A stretch of 64,000 nt of DNA from Octopus sinensis (taxonomy: Eukaryota). Position numbers and translations under genes: made by a program. Positions 11,797-22,068 of this stretch are shown here, piece after piece (the stretch's first letter is position 1; every line of letters starts with the position of its first letter). The notes under the pieces were generated by a model that was not told the origin of the DNA, made no database searches, and saw only the letters and a program-made list of their open reading frames with translations. Where the stretch lies: assembly GCF_006345805.1 (NCBI RefSeq), contig NW_021834204.1, positions 3,675-67,674 of the forward strand, given 5' to 3'.

Positions 11797-13266
11797 AAAA
11801 GGTCGGGCGGAGGTGGTGAACGCGTACATCGCGTCCATCATCTACTACCGCCTGACCGTCGTACCTTGTCCCGACCCTACCATCACCAAACTAGAACGCA
11901 TCCTCTTCCGCTTCTTGTGGAAAGGATGCGTCCCGATGGTCAGGCGATCCATTTGCTGTCAACACCCGTTAAAAGGAGGGCTGGGCATGCCGTGGTTGAT
12001 GATGCGCAGACACGCGCTGAGACTGCGACATCTCCGGCTCTATGTAGACGACGGTGAACAGGTGTGGTCGCCGTTTGTGAGGCACGCATTCCCGCAATCG
12101 TTTCCATGACCGAACTGCAGTCGTGGATCAAAAAGAGGCCGAGGAAGGGCGAATGGCACCGCGAGTGTCGCGTTGCTCTCAGGCAACTCTGCCGTCCCGG
12201 GTCGACCTTGAGTGACTTCAACAACACAACCAAAGCATTCTATAGGGGATTAGTGGAGGGGAGGTACGACGACGAGCGGGGCAAACCTGGGCTTCGACGA
12301 GGAATACCTGACCCGCCTGTTTCAAACGACTTTCGGCCCGGGACCTATGGACACTTCCAGAGATCCCTGGCCTGGCGGTGCTACCGAGAAGCGCTACCCG
12401 TTCGGGATAAGCTCTATAGGCATGGCTCGAGAAACACGGGGCCGACCTGCTCGAGATGCGGGCAGAGCGACGAAACCGTTCTGCACGCACTCGTGCAGTG
12501 TCCAGCAATTTCCCACCTGTGGGCTTATGTCGAACGACTGCTGTCACGTGTGGGACGAGTCGGTTTATCAGCCGAGTCTATCGTTATATCGTCACGCCTC
12601 CTTCCTTCAAACGGAAGGAAGAGCTATTTTTATCATACTTTGGCTATGGCGAAAGAATGTATCTGGTGGACGCGCCTGAAAGGATTAGAGACAAACACTT
12701 TCCTCTCTGGTCAATCTCTCATCAACTTCTTCAAGTATCACTTGAAGAAAAATGAGAGTAGAGAGGCAAGTTTTGTCTAGTGAATGTTTTAAAAAAGATG
12801 GGTGAATGTAGCAAGGATGGCACGTATGAATGACGAAGCCACCTTGACTATGATTCTATGAACCGTAAAAATTAATACAGAGAGTTGCTTATTTGCAAAA
12901 AAAAAAAAAAAAAGAAATATAACATGTGACTTCATTGACCGAGGTTACCGTGGTCTTTTCCGTAGGCTTTTCTTTCCACGGGTAAACCTCACCTGTCCTC
13001 CCTTTTACACTTCACTTCATATTGACATTTCTGTGATAACGATCCCTATTGATCAATTTTTTTCGTCTCCCCCTTTTTTTTTAACCCCCCCCTTTTTGTC
13101 CTCTTTCTCTCCTTTTACGATCCCTTTTGATCGACCCCCCCTTTTTTTATTTATTTATTGATTTATTTATTATTTAAAAAAAATTTTTTTTTTACCTTCA
13201 AAAGAAAAGCTCTACCTTGTAATTTGTTCTATCTGTGTGCAGCCCTGTGTGGCTAATAAAGAAACA

Positions 13267-13270
<4 letters not shown>
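11797..13270 (+). mobile_element. 5'-truncated Tx1/L1-clade LINE, copy 2
   Basis: [19 protein letters not shown]...FRFLWKG...[10 protein letters not shown] (post-RT thumb region), then zf-RVT CSRCGQSDETVLHALVQC, frameshifted; 3' UTR highly similar to copy 1; (TCTA)n tail. Confidence 0.92.
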
Positions 13271-13329
<59 letters not shown>

Positions 13330-13344
13330 GTTTCTATCTATCTA

Positions 13345-13423
13345 TTTAGAGAGAAATTGTTCTACTTTGTATTTATGTCCCCTTTGTCAGCCCTGTGTGG
13401 CCAATAAAGAAAAGTTATCTATA

Positions 13424-13502
<79 letters not shown>

Positions 13503-13647
13503 TTAGAGAGATAGATAGATGGATAAATAGATACATAGATACATATCTATCTATCTATCTATGTTTCTATCTATCTATTTAGAGAGAAAAGTTCTACATT
13601 TGTATTTGTCCCCTCTGTGTCCAGCCCTGTGTGGCCAATAAAGAAAG

Positions 13648-13723
<76 letters not shown>

Positions 13724-13775
13724 TCTATCTTTCTATCCTCCGTGCAGCCCTGTGTGGCTAATACAGAACCATATC
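13345..13775 (+). repeat. Reiterated Tx1 terminal units separated by (TCTA)n
   Basis: GCCCTGTGTGGC(C/T)AATA recurs at about 13390, 13624 and 13746; the first two are each followed by a TCTA run. Confidence 0.85.
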
Positions 13776-14059
13776 CTCCGTCTGTCTGTCTGTCTAGCTG
13801 TCTGTCTATCTGTCTGCTTGTCTCATCTGATTTAGCAACATATAATACCGGTTTATACTTTGAATTATAATGTGCTAAAATGCCAATGTATGGTTCATCA
13901 ATTTTTGATGAACCTTTGATTTTCATATAGTTTTTTTATGTTATGTGAGTTCCATATAGAGCGGACTGGAGGGGGGAGTCCTTAAACTGGATATAAATTT
14001 CTGTGTATAAGGATGTTTATATACGCATGCACCACTTGTAGAAAGACTAACATTCCAAA

Positions 14060-14640
<581 letters not shown>

Positions 14641-15089
14641 TACATCTATAGATATATTCGGAAATTCTTCTTTGGTGGAATTATAAAAATCACGGCAGAA
14701 TTATTGCTGAAAGTAATAATTTAATAACTTAATTATCTGTAATTTAATCAAATTTATTCTCAACAGTAGAAGAGATAAGAGTTCTGAATTCATTGTTATA
14801 TTGATATAAAATATATAATTGATAAACCAGGGAAAGAAACAGGGGAGTTAAATGTACACACACACAGAAACAGTTACACGCACACATGCACTCACATAAA
14901 TACGCATTCGTACACATACACGCATACATACATATATACATACATATATATATATATATGCATACACAGTAATAAATACACTAACATAAATAGATTTCGA
15001 TACACAGGCGCTGGCGAATTTCTCAATGTATTTTATGTATCATCACCACAATTACACTTTTCATTATCTTCCCCCGCCATTTTGATGAA

Positions 15090-15181
15090 AATGATGCTGA
15101 TGGCAGTGATGGTGGGGGGGTGATGGTCGTGGTGGTAATGGTGGTGGTGGTGGAGGTGGTGATGATGGCGGAGGTGTCGAA

Positions 15182-15215
<34 letters not shown>

Positions 15216-15720
15216 GGTGGTGGTGGTCATCTTCATCAACCCATCGCCATCGTGAGCCTCATACACTTCACGACGACGATGGCCACTATCATCAACACTG
15301 CCGCCGCCATTTCGTCATCACTGTCGCCAATACACTACCACCACAGCTGTCTCCAGCATTATGCTTCTTCTTCACTCACCTTCTCCCCGTCCTCAACCTA
15401 CTCTTTGTCATTATGAATCCTCATTATTGCGACGACGACCACGACCACGACGACCAGCACGACGACCACGACCAGCACGAAAACGACGACGACCACCGCC
15501 ACTTCTCCATTACCCTTCTCCTCCTCCTCCTCCTCCCATCCTCCCCATCCCTTCATCTTCCCCTCCCCTCCTCTTCCCCTCCTTCGCCTCCTTTTTTTTC
15601 CCTCATTCTCTTCCCCTTCACCTCCTCCTCCCGATCCCCATCCCGCCCCCTCCTCCTTCTATTCTTCTCCTCCCTCATCCTTTCCCCCTCCTTTCCCCTC
15701 CTCATACTCCTCCCCATGGG
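15090..15720. repeat. (GGT)/(GAT)/(GAC)/(CCT) low-complexity tract
   Basis: Trinucleotide runs and a pyrimidine-rich tract. Confidence 0.9.
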
Positions 15721-15942
15721 TATAAGTAAGTATTTCATTTATTTCCCGCCGTATTTATCGCTGACGAGGAGAAAATTCTTATGAATTAACTCTGAAATTG
15801 GGACCGATACGATAATAACAGAAATTTTTAGAAATTTCTGTCGGCTTACTTCGAGACGCGTGCTTATAGTGATAAATTATATGGTTATTGACGATTTGTC
15901 TATTTTCGGCATATTTGGCATTAGAATTTTTTTCTTTTGCCC

Positions 15943-16664
15943 TTGTTTATAAGTTGTTTATAAATTTAACCTTTAAAGGTATTTTTTAATATGCTGGCCA
16001 TTGATAGAATTTTTTTCGAAAAATTTTATCCTATATTAGGCGCAGGAGTGGCTGTGTGGTAAGTAGCTTGCTAAACAACCACATGGTTCCGGGTTCAGTC
16101 CCACTGCGTGGCATCTTGGGCAAGTGTCTTCTGCTATAGCCCCGGGCCGACCAATGCCTTGTGAGTGGATTTGGTAGACGGAAACTGAAAGAAGCCTGTC
16201 GTATATATGTATGTATATATATATGTATGTGTGTGTGTTTGTGTGTCTGTGTTTGTCCCCCTAGCATTGCTTGACAACCGATGCTGGTGTGTTTACGTCC
16301 CCGTCACTTAGCGGTTCGGCAAAAGAGACTGATAGAATAAGTACTGGGCTTACAAAGAATAAGTCCCGGGGTCGATTTGCTCGACTAAAGGCGGTGCTCC
16401 AGCATGGCCGCAGTCAAATGACTGAAACAAGTAAAAGAGTAAAAGAGTAAAGAGTATTAAATGTAAATTTAATAGTGTTCACTTCCGGACTCTCTCACTC
16501 TATGAGAGTTTTCAGTCCGATCGAACGTGTCTCGAGGTGTGCAGGAAAATTTCTATTTTGGATATATTTGTTTATAAGTTGTTTATAAATTTAACCTTTA
16601 AAGGTATTTTTTAATATGCTGGCCGTTGATAGAATTTTTTTCGAAAAATTTTATCCTATATTAG
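15943..16664 (+). repeat. 97 bp direct repeat (15943-16039 and 16568-16664)
   Basis: TTGTTTATAAGTTGTTTATAAATTTAACC...TTTTATCCTATATTAG occurs twice with one mismatch. Confidence 0.95.
16039..16455 (+). mobile_element. tRNA-derived CORE-type SINE, family B, full length
   Basis: Head GGCGCAGGAGTGGCTGTGTGG...GGGTTCAGTCCC, CORE-like CTTGGGCAAGTGTCTTCT, internal TA/TG microsatellite, tail GGCCGCAGTCAAATGACTGAAACAAGTAAAAGAG. May be one of the described Octopus OK/OR1/OR2 SINEs (not verified). Confidence 0.93.
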
Positions 16665-16872
16665 ATATATATTTATATATATACGTATGTATTTATGCGT
16701 GAGTGTCTTTGTGTCTGTGTTTGTCCCCCCGCTTGACAACCGATGCTGGTTTGTTTATGTCCCCGAAACTTAGCGGTTCATCAAAAGAGAAGGATAGAAT
16801 AAGATCTAGGCTTACGAAGAGTAAGTCCTGGAGGTCAAATGACTGAAACGTGTAAAAGAGTAAAAGAGTATA
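16665..16872 (+). mobile_element. Family B SINE 3' half with internal deletion
   Basis: CTTGACAACCGATGCTGG...AGTCCTGGAGGTCAAATGACTGAAAC; lacks the GGTGCTCCAGCATGGCCGCA block. Confidence 0.9.
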
Positions 16873-17302
16873 TTAGTGAGTAAAAAAATGCTGACTCTGA
16901 CATTGACGAACAAATCCCCTCCTCCTTCCATTCTTCTCCTCCCTCCTCCTTTCCCCCCTCCTTTACCCCTTCTTTCTCCTCCTCATACTCCTCCCCATGG
17001 GTATAAGTAAGTATTTCATTTATTTCCCGCCGTATTTATCGCTGACGAGGAGAAGTATTGTAGCAGAAGCTACAATATTTGCCATTGAGGAACAGGCCCT
17101 CATCACAACACTTATATGGAGAGTGTGTATCATACAAGTACAACATCGATTTTCCAGAATCTTCGGTTCTAAAATCTTTCCAGATTACTGAATTTTCTGA
17201 ACATCGGGTAGTCACCTTGTTTAATACACTCAAACAAATATTAAATTTACTTAAATAAAAAAAATAGTTAAATGATAAAATACAGGTACGTGTATATTAC
17301 TA

Positions 17303-17698
17303 TTTTACTCTTTTACTTGTTTCAGTTATTTGACTGCAGCCATGCTGGAGCACCGCCTTTTAGTCGAGCAAATCGACCCCAGAACTTATTCTTTGTAAGC
17401 CTAGTACTTATTTTATCGGTCTCTTTTGCTGAACCGCTATGTTACGGGGACGTAAACACACCAGCATCGGTTGTCAAGCGATGTTGGGGGACAAATACAG
17501 ATAGACAAACATATACACATATATATCCATATATACGACGGGATTCTTTCAGTTTCCCTCTACGAAATCCACTCACTAGGCTTTGGTCGGCCCGAGGCTA
17601 TAGTAGAAGACACTTGCCCAAGGTGCCACGCAGTGGGACTGAACCTGGAACCATGTGGTTTGTAAGCAAGCTACTTACAACACAGCCACTCCTGCGCC
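17303..17698 (-). mobile_element. Family B SINE, full length
   Basis: Reverse-complement match to 16039-16455 from head (CCACTCCTGCGCC) to tail (TTTTACTTGTTTCAG). Confidence 0.93.
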
Positions 17699-18380
17699 TA
17701 TGGAGGTTCTACCGAAACTTGAACTCGGATTGCTGGATTCAGAGTCTATTAGTGTTGATCATAAGATGTTCCGGATCATCACTGCCTGGAAAATCGATGT
17801 TGTATTTGCATGTGTATTATAGATGGTAAATATCGCTTATGAAAAATAAGTGTGTGAAATATCTTTGATAAACAAGTTCGTGAGATGTGTTCTGTGAACG
17901 GTTTTGAGTAGGAATCGGAAAGAGAAGTATGAACACACAATGCGCATGTGCACACTGAATTCGTAAAAAGGATGAGAAGGATAAAAACGCAATGCGCATG
18001 TCAAAATAAAACGGAAGAGAAGTATAAAAACAAATTATATGACGGTCTTCATACCACGTCTGACGTCACTATCACGCAGATTTGCGGCAATTCCCTTGTT
18101 TATTTCAAATTCCGCCGTGTCTGACTTTGCATTTCATCTTGTTGATGTCTATGAAATAATTACCGGTTGAACACTGTGCTCGATGTAAACGATTATCCTC
18201 TCTCCTAAAATTGCTCTCCTTGTGCTAAAATTTGAAACTTTTATCAGAAAGTAAGTTCCATCATGCAACTGTTTTGTGAGTTTACGTCAAGATCGCTCTC
18301 CATCATATCGAGTCGATGTAATGTGATTACCAGTTCAAGGCAGTGAATTGCTACGATGCCTTACAATATTTGTTCTGGCT

Positions 18381-19386
18381 GTAAGGCTGGCAGAAACGTT
18401 AGCACGCCGAGCGAAATGCTTAGCGGTATTTCGTCTGCCGTTTCGCTCTGGGTTCAAATTCCGCCGAGGTCGACTTTGCCTTTCATCCTTTCGGGGTCGA
18501 TTAAATAAGTACCAGTTACGCACTGGGGTCGATGTAATCGACTTAATACCTTTGTCTGTCCTTGTTTGTCCTCTCTATGTTTAGCCCCTTGTGGGTAGTA
18601 AAGAAATAGGTATTTCGTCTGCCGCTACGTTCTGCGTTGAAATTTCGCCGAGGTCGACTTTGCCTTTCATCCTTTCGGGGTCGATTAAATAAGTACCAGT
18701 TATGCACTAGGTTCGATATAATCGACTTAATCTGTTTATCTATCCTTGTTTGTCCCATCTGTGTGTAGCCCCTTGTGGACAGTAATGAAATAAGAAACGT
18801 TAGCACGCCGGGCAAAATGATTAGCAGTATTTCGTCTGTCTTTACGTTCTGAGTTCAAATTCCGCCGAGGTTGACTTTGCCTTTCATCCTTCGGGGTCGA
18901 TTAAATAAGTACAGTTACGCACTGGGGTCGATGTAATCGACTTAATACCTTTGTCTGTCTTGTTTGTCCTCTCTATGTTTAGCCCCTTGTGGGTAGTAAA
19001 GAAATAGGTATTTCGTCTGCCGCTACGTTCTGCGTTGAAATTTCGCCGAGGTCGACTTTGCCTTTCATCCTTTCGGGGTCGATTAAATAAGTACCAGTAT
19101 GCACTAGGTTCGATATAATCGACTTAATCTGTTTATCTATCCTTGTTTGTCCCATCTGTGTGTAGCCCCTTGTGGACAGTAATGAAATAAGAAACGTTAG
19201 CACGCCGGGCAAAATGATTAGCAGTATTTCGTCTGTCTTTACGTTCTGAGTTCAAATTCCGCCGAGGTTGACTTTGCCTTTCATCCTTTCGGGGTCGATA
19301 AATTAAGTACCAGTTGCACACTGGGGTCGATCTAATCGGCTGGCCCCGCTACCCAAATTTCGAGCCTTGTTCCTAGAGTAGAAAAG
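18381..19386 (+). mobile_element. Family A SINE tandem pentamer flanked by a 16 bp target-site duplication
   Basis: Five copies of the CTTTCATCCTT(T)CGGGGTCGAT body; AATATTTGTTCTGGCT at 18365-18380 and 19387-19402; internal 398 bp duplication. Confidence 0.92.
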
Positions 19387-19961
19387 AATATTTGTTCTGG
19401 CTTTTCCCGTTCTGATGTTTTCATGGTAGACTTAATCCATCACCTGGTTTAATGCCACAATATTGTCCTTAGGTGTCCTTATTAGAATTTACCCGGCTGC
19501 AAGCATTCGAGACAGCTTCCGGTTTGGAGATAACTTCATAAAACACTTGAAAAAATAAAGGTTGAAAGATACTTCCTTTCTTACTAAGACTAAACGTCTT
19601 AAGAAAATTTCCCTCCTGACCAGGCTGTTTGTTTGCTTCATTCTCATTTCTGAAAAAATACGGATATTGACCCGTACATTTTGCATCAACTGAGAAAGGA
19701 GTTCTTGTCCAACAGGAGGAATATAGCGACCTGTATTCGCTGCTTTAGTGAGGAAGATGCCAGTATCATAAAAACAGTCATCGTTAGCTTGATAATACTG
19801 AAAGGGGTACTCCAAACATAGCAACATTTGTAGCTAGTAATTTTAAAATCACTCGTGAAAAGAAATGGTGGGATGTATTTCCTTCAGATGTAGTTTGTCC
19901 TAAAGTAGATTTTTGCTTAACCAACTCAAAGAAGGAAGTATAAACTAAATATATTGGCATG

Positions 19962-20146
19962 TACTCTTTTACTCTTTTACACGTTTCAGTCATTTGACCT
20001 CCAGGACTTACTCTTCGTAAGCCTAGCACTTATTCTATCGTTCTCTTTTGCTTAACCGCTAAGTTTCCGGGACATAAACAAACCAACATCGGTTGTGAAG
20101 CGGGGGACAAACACAGACACAAAGACACACACGCATAAATACATAC

Positions 20147-20190
<44 letters not shown>

Positions 20191-20275
20191 GATAGGCTTC
20201 TTTCAGTTTCCGTCTACCAAATCAACTCACAAGACTTTGGTCGCTCCGAGGCTATAGTAGAAGACACTTGCCCAA
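19962..20275 (-). mobile_element. Family B SINE lacking its tRNA head, same internal deletion as 16665-16872
   Basis: CAGTCATTTGACCTCCAGGACTTACTC is the exact reverse complement of the deletion junction in 16665-16872. Confidence 0.9.
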
Positions 20276-20520
20276 CTCTGCTATTCACACTTTCGAAATT
20301 TCACTGAAGAGACTGGGAAGTCATAAATATCGACAATAATCTTCACCTAAAATATGTGGATTGATCCTAAGTTAAAAAATTATCTTTATTGTTATCAATG
20401 ATATCATTATAATTATCAATATTGTTTATAAATAGCTGAAAATTTATTATCATCGCCTTCTTCTTCTCCCGTCTCCTCTATATCTTCCTTCAATTCACCA
20501 CCACCACCACCACCACAACC

Positions 20521-20552
<32 letters not shown>

Positions 20553-20849
20553 CACCACTACCACCACCACCACCACCACCACCACCACCACCACCACCAC
20601 CACCACCGCCGCCGCCGTCGTCGTCGTCATCGTTGTTGCTGATGTTTATTTGGAGACCATTAGGAAATATTTTTCGCAACGCTATGCTGAACAGCGTAAC
20701 ATGAGTGAAAATCTGCGATTTGAAACACTCAAACAAACAGAATTAAATCTATAAATTTCAAAGATAACGTGATATGCCGGGTGTATTGCATACGTACATA
20801 CACACACAAGCACACAAACACACGCACGCAAGCGCATGCACACTCACAC

Positions 20850-20992
20850 ACACGCGCACACGTACACATACACTAGTATGCATATAAATGTGTGGGTGTG
20901 TGTATATATATGAACATATATATTATATATATGTGTATATTGTATTATATATATAGATGTATATATATATATATATATATACATATAAATAT

Positions 20993-21033
<41 letters not shown>

Positions 21034-21057
21034 TGTATATACATACACACATACATA

Positions 21058-21088
<31 letters not shown>

Positions 21089-21169
21089 AACATATATAAA
21101 CGTAGACATTTAAATAAACACATCTATGTGTAAATATGTGTATAGTAGTAGTAGTAGTAGTAATAATAA

Positions 21170-21225
<56 letters not shown>

Positions 21226-21248
21226 TAATAATAATAATAATAAAAATA
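20850..21248. repeat. (TA)n/(CA)n then (TAG)/(TAA)n microsatellites
   Basis: Directly visible simple repeats. Confidence 0.95.
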
Positions 21249-21249
21249 A

Positions 21250-21990
21250 CAATTCCTTCATTTATTTAGCCACTCAGGGCAATTACATTCAATTTCATTC
21301 ATGCATACCAAATATGAAATGTTAAAACTAGGAGAGGGCAGCTCGCAAAAACGTGTGGGTTAGGACGAAAGCAGTTATATAAAAGCGAGGGAAGAGTGAA
21401 ATAAGTTATACAATAGACGTGGACTCTGGTTTATAAGCCAAAATGAACCAATACGCAAAATATGAAAAAGATTATAGAAAAACATACAACACATACTACA
21501 TACAACAGATATAATATAAATCGTAAATTCAAAGTTATCCACAAAACACGGTTGAGAATCAACTGGTGCGTTTGGCTTGGAGCATCCAATGTCTTTGTCT
21601 GCACGCCACCAAACGAACTGGAAAAATGTGCGGCCAAAAGCTCCCGTTAATATCTTTAACGTGAATCGTAACAAAAAATGGCGTGGTATTATTGGTTGAA
21701 CGACGGAAGGGGGTCCATGGTCATCGGCTTCTGGGACTCAGGACGTAACGGATTCTCCAGCCCCTCACGAAGCTGGAACGGATGCTGCTTCCTGCTGTTA
21801 TTGCTGCTGACCACTCCGTTCTTCCATATCCTTTCGACTGTTTCTGCAGGGTGTAGGGAGTAAGGAGTCTTTTGTGTTCTTGGTTAGCTATTGGCGCTGA
21901 AAATGAGTTGTTATCCCCAGTAAATTCCGGTGAAAGCTCCGGAATTACCGGTTAACAACGACGATAACCACAACACAATGAACAGATGGC
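21250..21990 (-). mobile_element. Unclassified retroposed segment ending in a Tx1-like terminal motif
   Basis: Reverse complement ends TGTAATTGCCCTGAGTGGCTAAATAAATGAA then (TTA)n, closely matching the Tx1 terminus GCCCTGTGTGGCTAATAAAGAA; no RT or zf-RVT similarity recognised upstream. Confidence 0.5.
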
Positions 21991-22031
21991 CATCACTATT
22001 ATAAGTAATGATGATGATGATGATGATGATG

Positions 22032-22064
<33 letters not shown>

Positions 22065-22068
<4 letters not shown>

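Noticed and set aside
17055-17130. EATIFAIEEQALIT resembling the R4/Dong pre-zinc-finger motif
   Set aside because: Too short, and no CCHC motif follows.
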